Virus record (IMG/VR): IMGVR_UViG_3300024996_000004
Direction: 5' to 3' (one strand)
DNA: 64,000 nucleotides
DNA from: a virus
Below are positions 40,401-49,374 of this stretch, one piece after another; position 1 is the first letter of the stretch; every line of letters starts with the position of its first letter. The notes below the pieces were generated by a model. It was given only the letters and a program-made list of their open reading frames with translations. It did not search any database and was not told the DNA's origin. The translations under genes and the position numbers were made by a program.

Positions 40401-41127
40401 TTGATGAGGAAGTGTTAGGTGTTTGAGTAACTGAAATGCTTGGTGTAACAGTTGGTTCAGGAGTTTTTGATATCGATATAGTTGGTGTTACTGATATAGT
40501 TGGTGTTACTGATATAGTTGGTGTTACTGATATAGTTGGTGTTACTGATATAGTTGGTGTTACAGTAACGTCAGGAGTGACGGATATTGTTGGTGTTACT
40601 GTAATTTCAGGTGTTGCTGATATTTCGGGTGTTACTGATATAGTTGGAGTTACCGATACTTCTGGCGTAACAGATATAGTTGGTGTTACGGTAACGTCAG
40701 GAGTGACGGATATAGTTGGTGTTACTGTAATTTCAGGAGTAACAGATATGGTTGGAGTAACAACAGGTGTTGTGGTCACTTCAGGTGTTATAGACACAGA
40801 AGGTGTAACAGTTGGTTCAGGTGTAACACTAGGAGTTACGAAACCTAGAATTCTCAAAGCGTCTGCTTGACTAGCTGCACTTAACAACAATTGACCGAAT
40901 AATTGACCATCATCAGTTCCTTTAACAATAACATCTAAACCAGCTTCTGGCGTAGGAGTTTCTGGAATATAAACAATGCTTAACTGGCTTTGCATCACAG
41001 CAGCATTAAATTCTGCAACAGAATACTCTCCTATGTTAACATCAGGGATGTAAGTTATAGAATTTGGTGAAAAATCAACGTCACTAATAGTAATAGTAAC
41101 GGGAGTTAAATTATGAATTTGATACAT
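37462..41127 (-). CDS. Large virion protein: Pro/Thr repeat stalk, beta-domain and heparinase II/III/alginate-lyase-like C-terminal module (putative depolymerase)
   Basis: (VTPTIS)n repeats; 'HPRLIL' start of a helical toroid, GGWPEG..YG, 'ARSDW', 'REIVYLRP..F.VLDR'; CATAAATA upstream. Confidence 0.65.
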   Translation of the reverse strand: MYQIHNLTPVTITISDVDFSPNSITYIPDVNIGEYSVAEFNAAVMQSQLSIVYIPETPTPEAGLDVIVKGTDDGQLFGQLLLSAASQADALRILGFVTPSVTPEPTVTPSVSITPEVTTTPVVTPTISVTPEITVTPTISVTPDVTVTPTISVTPEVSVTPTISVTPEISATPEITVTPTISVTPDVTVTPTISVTPTISVTPTISVTPTISVTPTISISKTPEPTVTPSISVTQTPNTSSSTITRASFTTSNGTAMDWSVSLPSGKGGILLLTVSAPGGANTPTGFTLIDETRFGDGGSVTSAYWKIASDNDPSTIASTYGSNDSGWVVVCERWMGVSGINASSVATTTKTTPSPINMTNPGITTTVPNCVIINSAGTSSYNTNINPIFTAPAGYKQITNPGVVKSQNMICSSILQPNAGSTGAVTAVAVTSATGVGFYSRLIALAPGTPASPTPVPPTGTPRSTPVASGSTPVSPTPTPTTSRSIVSAPVLAAHPRLILDNTTLDNLRLKMTNNDPEWVTLKSICDSYNGGKVNLPVEDAYPTLPNIGSGYQGENYLPELLNVALAYQILKISDPASAAVYGAKAVEILMAMATPYTTGSGNKGCDPQTDDGFVIKFYGVGFGIGYDWLYELLTPTQRQQVITTANIWVDSWENPNSRSNFAYSHPLCNYYAGYFHAKCAITLATYEDNPNGAKMWQDWYGNQFLSRVQPYFLKHMTGGGWPEGFGNYGPQAVLNMSLPARELKTATGIDVINSTSIPYTYPVDMADYAMHFTWPSLDYFDDRDTNHANGVATPPVGTVPTGMVKQILGELVYWNRPNVDVFNQYLQSVNAATNNFASAESWVAMLEGNSSLPVKPLNTLPLSYKAMGLGAVAARSDWTTSAKWLSFRASSYADNPEQAEEGYDQGSLALVNGNVPLLVNTYGWAIHEPNGANDETLLYNDLLGSFNGTQYVGNAQCYNLFYVRDVTGTKINQSFGQSSFSAEYDGVITDTTLEDNGNYVWIKGNNIEQMYKTFSANDGVVGWSREIVYLRPNRFIVLDRTETGNINFDQYTSWNFPANPTLISGTQFGITYKGSYVGSMTSVLPATTATVTKVYPSDSQPKVWNVQLRTPTNSLKQKWLTVFDMASTSSNITVLASSAYAIHLAGADGDQVVAFADTTNITYQNPNVAALHVVTGLSSSTSYNVTINSGNVVVTPGVGYTSTSNGVLTFSTNNLGNVI
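40475..40563. repeat. In-frame 18-bp tandem repeat (GATATAGTTGGTGTTACT, ~5 copies) within a longer degenerate array (~40430-40835)
   Basis: Read directly from the sequence. Confidence 0.9.
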
Positions 41128-41209
41128 TGTTTATCCTTGAATTAGTAAAAAATTTCATCTTGATATTTATGTTTAACGATGTTATCATTTAGTAAACTAG
41201 GAATATCAT

Positions 41210-41674
41210 ATGGTTGCCTTAAATGAAAAAAGAATTCGATGGGATAAATATTATTTGAAACAACTTGAAATCGTGAAAGATAAATCTAAAGATAATTCAA
41301 CGAAAGTAGGTTCTATTATTGTAGGTGCATTTGATCAAGTTGTTTCTACTGGATTCAATGGATTCCCGCATGATGTTTATGATGATATAAACGATTATCC
41401 ACATCGTTATGAAAGACCTTTGAAGTATAATTTAACAGTGCACGCCGAATGTAATGCTATTTGTTTGGCAGCACGAACTGGAACTCCGTTAAATGGTTCT
41501 AGAATATATTGTAACTTGTTTCCCTGTACTGAATGCGCTAAGATGATCATTCAAGCTGGGATTATTGAAGTTATAACTTATAAAGCGCCAGATTTGAAAG
41601 AATGGAATTTTGATATATCGAAAATGATGTTTGAAGAAGCTAAGATAAAGGTCACTGAATATGAAATTGAATGA
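41210..41674 (+). CDS. dCMP deaminase
   Basis: STKVG, TGFNG, HAECNAI, PCTECAKMIIQAGI. Confidence 0.92.
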   Translation: MVALNEKRIRWDKYYLKQLEIVKDKSKDNSTKVGSIIVGAFDQVVSTGFNGFPHDVYDDINDYPHRYERPLKYNLTVHAECNAICLAARTGTPLNGSRIYCNLFPCTECAKMIIQAGIIEVITYKAPDLKEWNFDISKMMFEEAKIKVTEYEIE

Positions 41675-42173
41675 TATTAAACCTATACCTGAACGTCTAT
41701 CGCTATTGATGTTAATAGGATTACCGGGAAGCGGAAAATCAACTTGGGTAGAAAATTTTCTTAGAACCACCGATAAGAAGTATGTTGTGTTATCCACGGA
41801 TACTATTATTGAAAGAATGGCAAAAGAAATGGGGACGACTTATAGTGAAATATGGTCAAGTGCCATTGATGAAGCTACTCGCGAGAATTATGCAAATTTT
41901 AAAACTGCAATTAAGAATCAACAAAATATTATTTGGGATCAAACCAATCTTACATCAAGAAAACGTATAAACGTTTTGTCAAATGTTGGATCACTTTATG
42001 AAAAAGTGGCAGTTACTTTCGAGCTTCCATTAGATATAATCTTTGAGAGAGTTGAAAATCGTGCAAAAGAAACTGATAAAAATATTCCTAAAAACATATT
42101 AATAAATATGCAAAAGAGTTACGTAAAACCATCATTAGATGAAGGTTTCGATAAAATAATTAAGGGTAATTAA
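41661..42173 (+). CDS. P-loop polynucleotide kinase-like (AAA_33) protein
   Basis: GLPGSGKSTW, STD, WDQTNL...R, P...EGFD. Confidence 0.85.
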   Translation: MKLNDIKPIPERLSLLMLIGLPGSGKSTWVENFLRTTDKKYVVLSTDTIIERMAKEMGTTYSEIWSSAIDEATRENYANFKTAIKNQQNIIWDQTNLTSRKRINVLSNVGSLYEKVAVTFELPLDIIFERVENRAKETDKNIPKNILINMQKSYVKPSLDEGFDKIIKGN

Positions 42174-42182
42174 AGGATTTTT

Positions 42183-42815
42183 ATGCAACATTACAATAAA
42201 AGTAATCATGAAGTTAGCACAAGAATGCCAAAAGTTTTGGCATTAACTAGCACTGGAATGGCTTCCGGTTGGTTATCATTTGAAGATTATGCAACATTAG
42301 CGGCCAAGGATAAAATACTTTGGACTACACATAAGTATGCCGTTACTTTACATGGTGGGATTAATGCTAAAACAGGTCAACAATCTGTATTAGAAATGGA
42401 TACCATTGCTGCTATTAAATCGGATAAAAATAAACTTAATGGAAGAATAGATTATGCCCCTGCATTAACTAATAGAACACTATTTGAACGTGATAGAAAT
42501 ATGTGTGCTTATTGTGGAAATGTTTATCCGACTTCAAAACTTAGTCGTGATCATGTTATTCCTGTAAGTCGTGGTGGTAAGGATAAATGGACTAATGTAG
42601 TTACTTCTTGCTTAACCTGTAACCATTGGAAGTCTGATTCTCTGTTAGAAGAAATTGAATTAGTCTTACTCTATGTACCATATCGTCCAAGTTTTTATGA
42701 ACATTTGATTCTACAAAATAGAAATATCACGGCAGATCAAATGGAATTCTTGTTGAAAGGTGTAAGCGAACATAGTAGAGTTTACAAAGAGTATAGTGCT
42801 AAAATGGCTGCATAA
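42183..42815 (+). CDS. HNH endonuclease (McrA-like)
   Basis: RD...CAYCG, DHVIPVSRGG...WTNVV.SC..CN..K. Confidence 0.88.
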   Translation: MQHYNKSNHEVSTRMPKVLALTSTGMASGWLSFEDYATLAAKDKILWTTHKYAVTLHGGINAKTGQQSVLEMDTIAAIKSDKNKLNGRIDYAPALTNRTLFERDRNMCAYCGNVYPTSKLSRDHVIPVSRGGKDKWTNVVTSCLTCNHWKSDSLLEEIELVLLYVPYRPSFYEHLILQNRNITADQMEFLLKGVSEHSRVYKEYSAKMAA

Positions 42816-42840
42816 AAATGGCCCGCAAAGGGCCATTTTT
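42814..42840. terminator. Bidirectional intrinsic terminator
   Basis: AAAAATGGCCC-GCAAA-GGGCCATTTTT between convergent genes. Confidence 0.85.
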
Positions 42841-42842
42841 GT

Positions 42843-43478
42843 TTAACTATAATAAGTTTTTAATATATCTTTATCGACTCCAATGTCTACGATAACGGGA
42901 TTATTTTTGTATATGCCCCAATTTGATAATCTATTGTAATCGTTTATAGGAGTATCATAATTTCCGATAAACTCTGCAAATCCATCAGCCAAATCACTTT
43001 CCCCATTAATTTTACTAGCATTTCCACCTGTCCAATCATTACCACCATGATATTCAACGGCATATGCACATAAATCAGCCAATGTTCCTCCACAAGCTTT
43101 GATGAAATCAGAATTCTTAGCTTTTGAAGCATATTCTGTATGAATCCATGTAGGTAAATTTGATTCTTCATCGTAATCTATGATAGGAATAGTTATGTTT
43201 AAAGAATTTAAATAATAATCATTAAGTTTCCCAACTTCATGTTCATTCTGTGCTAATCCTTTCTTGTTTTTTGCGATTTTTAAAACTGTTTGGCGTCCTT
43301 GATAAGGAACGATAAAAGCAACTCTAGAGCTACCTACGCCTATTTGCTGTGCACGCTCTTTAGCATAACGAATTTGTTGCGCAAATGGCGTATTATTGTT
43401 GAACTTATTTTTATCCCAATCTGTCGGCAATGGCATTTCAGTGAGCAAATAATGTTTAAATGATAAATTTTTATTCAT
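42843..43478 (-). CDS. Protein-kinase-like fold protein, probably virion-associated
   Basis: IGVGSSRVAF, VLKIA, QN..E, D....NWG, VIVDIG; LTE/M leader; late promoter. Confidence 0.6.
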   Translation of the reverse strand: MNKNLSFKHYLLTEMPLPTDWDKNKFNNNTPFAQQIRYAKERAQQIGVGSSRVAFIVPYQGRQTVLKIAKNKKGLAQNEHEVGKLNDYYLNSLNITIPIIDYDEESNLPTWIHTEYASKAKNSDFIKACGGTLADLCAYAVEYHGGNDWTGGNASKINGESDLADGFAEFIGNYDTPINDYNRLSNWGIYKNNPVIVDIGVDKDILKTYYS

Positions 43479-43561
43479 GATTTTTGATAATATACTATAT
43501 TTATGATGGATTGATTTTCTTATCTGATGATGTTAAGATACTAGAATAATATGGAATATCT

Positions 43562-44140
43562 ATGAATCTTGAAGAATATAAAAATTTAGCTTTACGTACA
43601 GAATCGAAAATTGATAAGATAGTTTGTAATAAGAATGAATTAAATCATTTGTTAGCAGCATTTATTACTATTGCCGATATTTTAGATGGTTTGAAGAAAA
43701 AAATATATTATTCTAATCCTAAAAAATATAATGAAAAATTTCATGAAGCCGCTGAAAAGTTAAAGTTTTTCACACAATGTTCGGATCGACATCATGATGA
43801 TCATTTAGATGATGAGATTGAAATTGACCCACGTATTATGCATGGCCTCTTAGGAAATTGCACTGAAAGTGGTGAGTTGGCGGAGCATCTTATGCATATG
43901 ATTAATGGAACTCCTACAGATAAACATGGTATCGTTGAAGAAATTGCAGATCAACATTGGTATGATGCTATTTTGTTTGATAGCTTAGATATGTCATGGG
44001 AACAAGGATTGATTAATAATATTGATAAACTTAAAGCACGTTTTCCCGATGGTTATAGCGATTACCATGCTGAACATCGTAATTTAAATACTGAACGAAA
44101 GATTCTTGAAACTAATGGTAGTGCAAGAAATAATAAATGA
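43562..44140 (+). CDS. MazG-like NTP pyrophosphohydrolase
   Basis: G..TESGE, EE.AD..WY, NI.KL.ARFP.G. Confidence 0.85.
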   Translation: MNLEEYKNLALRTESKIDKIVCNKNELNHLLAAFITIADILDGLKKKIYYSNPKKYNEKFHEAAEKLKFFTQCSDRHHDDHLDDEIEIDPRIMHGLLGNCTESGELAEHLMHMINGTPTDKHGIVEEIADQHWYDAILFDSLDMSWEQGLINNIDKLKARFPDGYSDYHAEHRNLNTERKILETNGSARNNK

Positions 44141-44778
44141 AAATAAAAGATTTACTAAAAATGTTAAATAAAAAATCTTTAACAGAAATAGAACGAGTTA
44201 GTTCTGGTCAACAAGGAATTATTGATAGCAATATTAATTATGAATCTAAAGAATTAATGACAGATATAGATGGGAAACCTATTTTTAAATATAAACTTAA
44301 CGATAGTAAAAATACTATGTTTGCTATTGAAGAAGATGAAAAGATTGTATCTTACTTAGCTGGAACCATAATCGATAAACATTTCAATATCAAGCGAAGT
44401 TTTACGAATCCTAAATTCCGAGGTAAAGGATATGTAACCGCTTTATACAAATCTTTGTTTGTAAACTTAGGATATATTTTAGTAAGTGATTCAAAATTAA
44501 CACCAGAATCTATTTCAGTATGGAAGAAATTAGGTAAATTATTTCCACACAACATTAAGGTTTATGATGCATCAACAGGCGAAATGTTATCATTTTCTGA
44601 TGATGAAACATACGATTATTACACAGATATAAAATACAAATTTATATTGGAAGCATCATTTGAATCAAAATTGTATATATCTGAATCAGAATCGAGAAAA
44701 ACATTTCCAGCATACATTATGTATATTGGTGAAAATGCTGAAAAGTTTTGGAAGAATAGAAATATTGAATTACTTTAA
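44137..44778 (+). CDS. GNAT-fold acetyltransferase-like protein
   Basis: Motif A 'TNPKFRGKGYVTALY', 'LVSD...T.....VWKKL'. Confidence 0.65.
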   Translation: MKIKDLLKMLNKKSLTEIERVSSGQQGIIDSNINYESKELMTDIDGKPIFKYKLNDSKNTMFAIEEDEKIVSYLAGTIIDKHFNIKRSFTNPKFRGKGYVTALYKSLFVNLGYILVSDSKLTPESISVWKKLGKLFPHNIKVYDASTGEMLSFSDDETYDYYTDIKYKFILEASFESKLYISESESRKTFPAYIMYIGENAEKFWKNRNIELL

Positions 44779-44826
44779 TAAAAATAATTGTATAAAGATT
44801 GATTAGTGGATGTTCTTACAACAAAT

Positions 44827-45027
44827 ATGAAAAAGAAATTAGTATTTTTAACTGGTGCCGGAATTTCAAAAGAAAGTGGGTTATCTACTTTTCGCGATTC
44901 TATTGACGGTTTGTGGAATAATCATAAAATTGAAGAAGTTGCTTCAATTGAAGGATGGAAAAATAATCCTCAACAGGTTATAGAATTCTATAATGCTCGC
45001 AGGAATGAAGTATGGATAAAACTATAA
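44827..45027 (+). pseudogene. Truncated Sir2/CobB deacylase (N-terminal ~60 aa only)
   Basis: LTGAGIS.ESG..TFR...GLW...FYN.RR, then ends at the next gene. Confidence 0.8.
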
Positions 45028-45566
45028 TTATAGATATTGATGATGTTCTTAGTGACTTTAAAAACATCATTACTAAAAAACTAAATAACCATGTTCATAA
45101 AGATTTGCATTGGACTGGACAATATAGTTATGATATCGCTGGACGGTATGGAATAACATATGAAGAATTTTATGACATTATCATTAAAGATAAAGTTTTG
45201 GAATCTGTTGAAACTGTAAAGTATGCCAAAGAATTATTAGATGTTTTGAAAAATGATCATACTATTGTAATCGTTTCAAGTCGAAGTTATCATCCACATG
45301 CTTATGATGTGACTTCAGAATGGTTAAAGAAATATAAATTGAAATATGATCATTTACACATTTCAGGTGGAGCAATTAAAAAATCGTATTTTGCTCAACG
45401 ATATGATAACATTGTAGCGTCGATAGATGACAACGTAGAGAATTGTAATGATTTTTTAATTAATTGTAATATTGATAAAATAATTTTGATGAATCAACCT
45501 TGGAATATTAATGAAAATAAATTTTATAGGATTGATTCATTGAAAGAAGTATTAAACATAATCTAG
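45012..45566 (+). CDS. HAD 5'(3')-deoxyribonucleotidase
   Basis: IDIDDVL, SSR, T.EWL, K, IDD...N, PWN. Confidence 0.82.
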   Translation: MDKTIIIDIDDVLSDFKNIITKKLNNHVHKDLHWTGQYSYDIAGRYGITYEEFYDIIIKDKVLESVETVKYAKELLDVLKNDHTIVIVSSRSYHPHAYDVTSEWLKKYKLKYDHLHISGGAIKKSYFAQRYDNIVASIDDNVENCNDFLINCNIDKIILMNQPWNINENKFYRIDSLKEVLNII

Positions 45567-45599
45567 CGAAGATAACATCTTCGCTTTTAACTAAGGAAG

Positions 45600-45899
45600 A
45601 TGAAAATGAAATTCGCTAATAAAAATAAAGTAAAAACTCTCTTAGAAAAGGGTGGAGTTCTAATCGATTTACGTGATCCAGTCTCATTTAGAGATGGTTC
45701 TATCGAGGGTGCAAAAAATTTGCCATTATCAAATTTCATTAATAATTTCTTGAAGTTTGATAAAACTAAGCCCATCGTATTGATTGTTAATTTTGTCGAT
45801 GATGCTGATTTAAAGACTGTTACTACTTATGCCGATCAATTAGGTTATGATAAGGTATGGGCAGCTGAATATAATCAGCTGCGCGAAGATAAATCTTAA
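45600..45899 (+). CDS. Rhodanese-like domain protein (no active-site Cys)
   Basis: LIDLR....F..G.I.GA.NLP, 'DKTKPIVL', LGYDKV; no Cys in the protein. Confidence 0.75.
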   Translation: MKMKFANKNKVKTLLEKGGVLIDLRDPVSFRDGSIEGAKNLPLSNFINNFLKFDKTKPIVLIVNFVDDADLKTVTTYADQLGYDKVWAAEYNQLREDKS

Positions 45900-45940
45900 T
45901 TTCTAAAAATAATAACAACTTCTTTCATTGAGTATAAACT

Positions 45941-47080
45941 ATGTTAGGTCTATTTTTATTTTTGATTATTTTGTCATTTTCGTTGGCAGGAATCTGTCAT
46001 TTTGTGTTTCCGAAACATTTTGATCTTGCAGAAACGTGCATCATTATTGCAGCTTCATTGTTTATTGGGACTATGGCAATTCTAATCATGTCATGGAATA
46101 GTACATCAGATTTTGATATTTTAAACGGTCAAGTAACATCTAAAGTTGTGGAGCGTGTAAGTTGTTCTCATAGCTATCCGTGTCATTGTCATACAGTCAC
46201 TACAGGTTACGGAAAAAATAAATCAACTACAACAGAATGTGATACTTGCTACGAACATCCCTATGACCAAGATTGGGTAGTGCATTCAACTATAGGTTCA
46301 GTGGATATTAATAGAGTGGATAGTCAAGGATTAATAGAACCCAAGCGATGGAGCATTGTACAAAAAGATGACCCATTTTCTCTGTCTGAAAGAATCACAA
46401 ATTATGTATTAGCTGCTCCAGATAGTTTATATAATAATAAATCCTTTCCGAATGATATAAAACTTTATGGAAAATGGCTACCAAAATATCCATCAATCTA
46501 CGATTATTACAAATTTAATCATGCTATTAATACAGGAGTTATTGGATTAGACATTGACAGTTATAATAAGGAATTAGCAGATATTCTTCGCAATATTGGA
46601 CCGAAAAAGCAAGCTAATATTATTGTAGTTTTTGTTCCAGTTAATGATCCAGCATACTTGAATGCATTAGAACGACATTGGCTCGGATCAAAAAAGAATG
46701 ATATTGTTGTTGCTATTGGTGTAACACATTATCCAAAAATCGATTGGGCTGGGGCATTTACCTTTGGAAAAAGTGTTAAAAATCAATTGCTCATAGTCAA
46801 AATGCGTGATACCATTGAAAACGTAGGTGATGTAAGTAAGGTTGGAGATGTAGTAAATCAAATTCGGGTTAATGCTGAATATTATTACAATCGTCAATCT
46901 ATGAGCAATTATGAATATTTAAAACATGATTACTTTCCAAGTGCCACAGCATTAATTGTTTCTAGTATTATTTACTTAATTATGTTAGCAGGATTATTAA
47001 TATGGTGTTGGTTCAATGATGCTTTCGTTAATTCATCATTTGGAAATGGTTCTATTCGTCGTAGTAATTATTTTAATTAA
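45941..47080 (+). CDS. Membrane protein with periplasmic Cys/His cluster
   Basis: Two N-terminal TMs and one C-terminal TM; CSHSY.C.C...C.TCYEH; W.G.KKND. Confidence 0.7.
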   Translation: MLGLFLFLIILSFSLAGICHFVFPKHFDLAETCIIIAASLFIGTMAILIMSWNSTSDFDILNGQVTSKVVERVSCSHSYPCHCHTVTTGYGKNKSTTTECDTCYEHPYDQDWVVHSTIGSVDINRVDSQGLIEPKRWSIVQKDDPFSLSERITNYVLAAPDSLYNNKSFPNDIKLYGKWLPKYPSIYDYYKFNHAINTGVIGLDIDSYNKELADILRNIGPKKQANIIVVFVPVNDPAYLNALERHWLGSKKNDIVVAIGVTHYPKIDWAGAFTFGKSVKNQLLIVKMRDTIENVGDVSKVGDVVNQIRVNAEYYYNRQSMSNYEYLKHDYFPSATALIVSSIIYLIMLAGLLIWCWFNDAFVNSSFGNGSIRRSNYFN

Positions 47081-47094
47081 CAAAAGGATATAAA

Positions 47095-47649
47095 ATGAAA
47101 ATTGTATTAGGTATTATTGTAGCATTTGTATTATTAGTCACAGTTGTTATAGGTTCAGCTTATATTTCAAATGCTAACTATGGCAATCGCAGTGAGCAAG
47201 CATTAAAGGCTCGTATTTCAGATAGTCAAAATATTTTGGCTAACTATACCACATCTATTGCAGAAATGATTCAGATTCCACAAATGTATAAGAAAGATTT
47301 AGGAGATATTATTGATAAAACTTTCAAGGGGCGTTATGGTGATGGTGGTTCAAAAGCCATGTTTCAATTTATTAAAGAACAGAATTTGAGTCTTGATCCA
47401 AATATGTATAAGAATGTTCAAGAAAAGATGGAAGCTGGTCGAAATGAATTTAAAGATTCTCAAACTGCCGTTATTGATCTTAAACGTAGTTATACTACTT
47501 CATTAGGAAATGTGTGGAGCGGTTTTTGGTTACATATGGCCGGTTATCCTAAAATGGATTTAGATGCCATCCAACCCGTAATCAATGATCATACTGATCA
47601 AGCTTTTAAGACACATCGTGATGAAGGTATTAAGCTTACGCCACAATAA
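47095..47649 (+). CDS. LemA-like membrane-anchored protein
   Basis: N-terminal TM and helical bundle; paired with 45941. Confidence 0.55.
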   Translation: MKIVLGIIVAFVLLVTVVIGSAYISNANYGNRSEQALKARISDSQNILANYTTSIAEMIQIPQMYKKDLGDIIDKTFKGRYGDGGSKAMFQFIKEQNLSLDPNMYKNVQEKMEAGRNEFKDSQTAVIDLKRSYTTSLGNVWSGFWLHMAGYPKMDLDAIQPVINDHTDQAFKTHRDEGIKLTPQ

Positions 47650-47667
47650 TTTTGAATATGTTATATA

Positions 47668-47698
47668 AAAAAATGCGACCATCAAAGTCGCATTTTTT
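47668..47698 (+). terminator. Intrinsic terminator
   Basis: AAAAAATGCGAC-N7-GTCGCATTTTTT. Confidence 0.8.
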
Positions 47699-47837
47699 AT
47701 TGGAATCATTCATTTAAAATGATGTTATATACAACTTGACACACTTTCAATCTGTGATAGACTTCACGTTCTTGATTTGGTAAACAGCGGGGCCAATCGA
47801 GTTATCCTTTCCTGCTTTTAATTAATGGAGATTATAA

Positions 47838-48476
47838 ATGAGAAATATGAATAAATTTAATGTTGCTTTAGGAATTGCTCTTGCTTTCGGTATTTCTACT
47901 GTTGCAATGGCTACTGATGGTAATACATCAACTACTACTGGTACTGTAACTGGTCAAGTAACAGGATGGCAAGGTGGAATTAATGGTTCGACAGGATCAA
48001 CTACCATTGCAGGTTCACAGGCATCAACAGGTGTTGATGGAACTGGTTTTAGCCAACAAGCAACTTCAAATAGCAGCGGTGGCACTGTTTCTGCTGGTGG
48101 CGATATTTCGGGCGCTGGTGTAACTACTTCAACATCTGGGTCAACTTTCAGTAATGGTACGAGCGTTGGTGAGTTCAGCGGTTATGCTGGCGATTTCCGT
48201 AATGATACAAGTGGTGGTGCACAGACCAACGCTACAGCAACTGTAGAAGGTTCTTTTACCTTGAGTTCTTTCGGTGGTAGTGCAGCTTTCGGCGCAAGTC
48301 AAGGCAGTGATTCACAAGGTGGTCAGAGTGGAAACGGAAATGGCGAAAATAGTGGGAACAATGGCAACAGCGGTAATAATGGAAATGGTTCTAATCACGG
48401 CAATGGTCAGGGAAATGGAAACGGCCATGGTTCAGGTGAATCAGGTAATAATGGTCATGGTCATAACCACGGCTAA
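47838..48476 (+). CDS. Secreted Gly/Ser/Thr/Asn-rich low-complexity protein with His-rich tail
   Basis: Signal peptide (AMA/T); (GN)n; ends GHGHNHG. Confidence 0.75.
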   Translation: MRNMNKFNVALGIALAFGISTVAMATDGNTSTTTGTVTGQVTGWQGGINGSTGSTTIAGSQASTGVDGTGFSQQATSNSSGGTVSAGGDISGAGVTTSTSGSTFSNGTSVGEFSGYAGDFRNDTSGGAQTNATATVEGSFTLSSFGGSAAFGASQGSDSQGGQSGNGNGENSGNNGNSGNNGNGSNHGNGQGNGNGHGSGESGNNGHGHNHG

Positions 48477-48548
48477 TATTATTTAAAAATGGTGAGAGAG
48501 AATATTCTTCTCTCTCATTTTATCTACAACACAAACAGGGACTTTTTC

Positions 48549-49154
48549 ATGAAATTTAAAATCGTTTTATTTACTTTATTGTCGTTAATTTCCGTGAGTG
48601 CATTCTCACAGGATGTAACAAATGGTAATACGGCAACATCAAATGCAACTGCCAATACTACTGCTAATTCAGTTAATGGTGGATTGCAAAATCAACAAAA
48701 CTTTATTACTAATAATCCGGGCACAGTTCAATATAGTGGACGATTCACACAACGTAACGTGCCAACAGTAGCGTTAGGCTCATTCAGTAATAGCTTTTCA
48801 AGCGATTATTGTAGTGGGACAATGCAAGCTGGTGTAGGTATTGCTGGTGCTGGTTTAAGTATGGGCAAGCAGAAGTTGGACACGGGTTGTCAATTACTTC
48901 GTTCGGCGGACATGACTATGCGTATTGCTCAAGTCTATGCAGCTGACGCTGATGCAGCATGGCGTTTTTCAAATACTCTCGGACCCATGAAATCTGCACA
49001 AGCATATGCAGTTGAAGTTAGACAGCGTTCATTCCAAAAAGCCGAAAAAGCTGATGCTCTAAAAGACGCTTCGGTAAATATGATTTGTGCTATTAGTGAT
49101 GATGTTCGAAAAGCTTTAGTAGATGCATCAATTCAGTGTCCCGCCAAACATTGA
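48549..49154 (+). CDS. Secreted protein with Cys-flanked beta-hairpin
   Basis: Signal peptide (AFS/Q); SSDYCSG....GVG..G.G.S.G....D.GC. Confidence 0.7.
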   Translation: MKFKIVLFTLLSLISVSAFSQDVTNGNTATSNATANTTANSVNGGLQNQQNFITNNPGTVQYSGRFTQRNVPTVALGSFSNSFSSDYCSGTMQAGVGIAGAGLSMGKQKLDTGCQLLRSADMTMRIAQVYAADADAAWRFSNTLGPMKSAQAYAVEVRQRSFQKAEKADALKDASVNMICAISDDVRKALVDASIQCPAKH

Positions 49155-49374
49155 TTAAGTTTATAACAAAAAGGAAGTGTAATGCTTCCTTTTTTCATTA
49201 TACAAAAAATATCAACAACTTCGTACAACAAAAGATTCAGAAAAACGAGAAAAAAGAACGTATTAAAAATTGAAACTAACAATGTTGAATTTTTCGACAT
49301 TCTTCAAATGTATGAATTACATGATGGAATTATTGTTAAAGTTCGTGATTGTGAATATGAAGCATTTTAATCCT

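Noticed and set aside
40430-40870. CRISPR-like array, or plus-strand ORF 40436-40870
   Set aside because: The repeats have no unique spacers and are codon-phased; they encode the VTPTIS stalk on the minus strand, and the plus ORF is its shadow.
47760-47837. c-di-GMP or other known riboswitch in the leader of the secreted protein
   Set aside because: Only a short AGCGGGG resemblance and one hairpin; the required GNRA/receptor architecture is absent.
49182-49370. 62-aa ORF as annotated
   Set aside because: Its start lies inside a terminator hairpin (AAAAGGAAG...CTTCCTTTT); the 3' part may be a gene remnant but cannot be supported.
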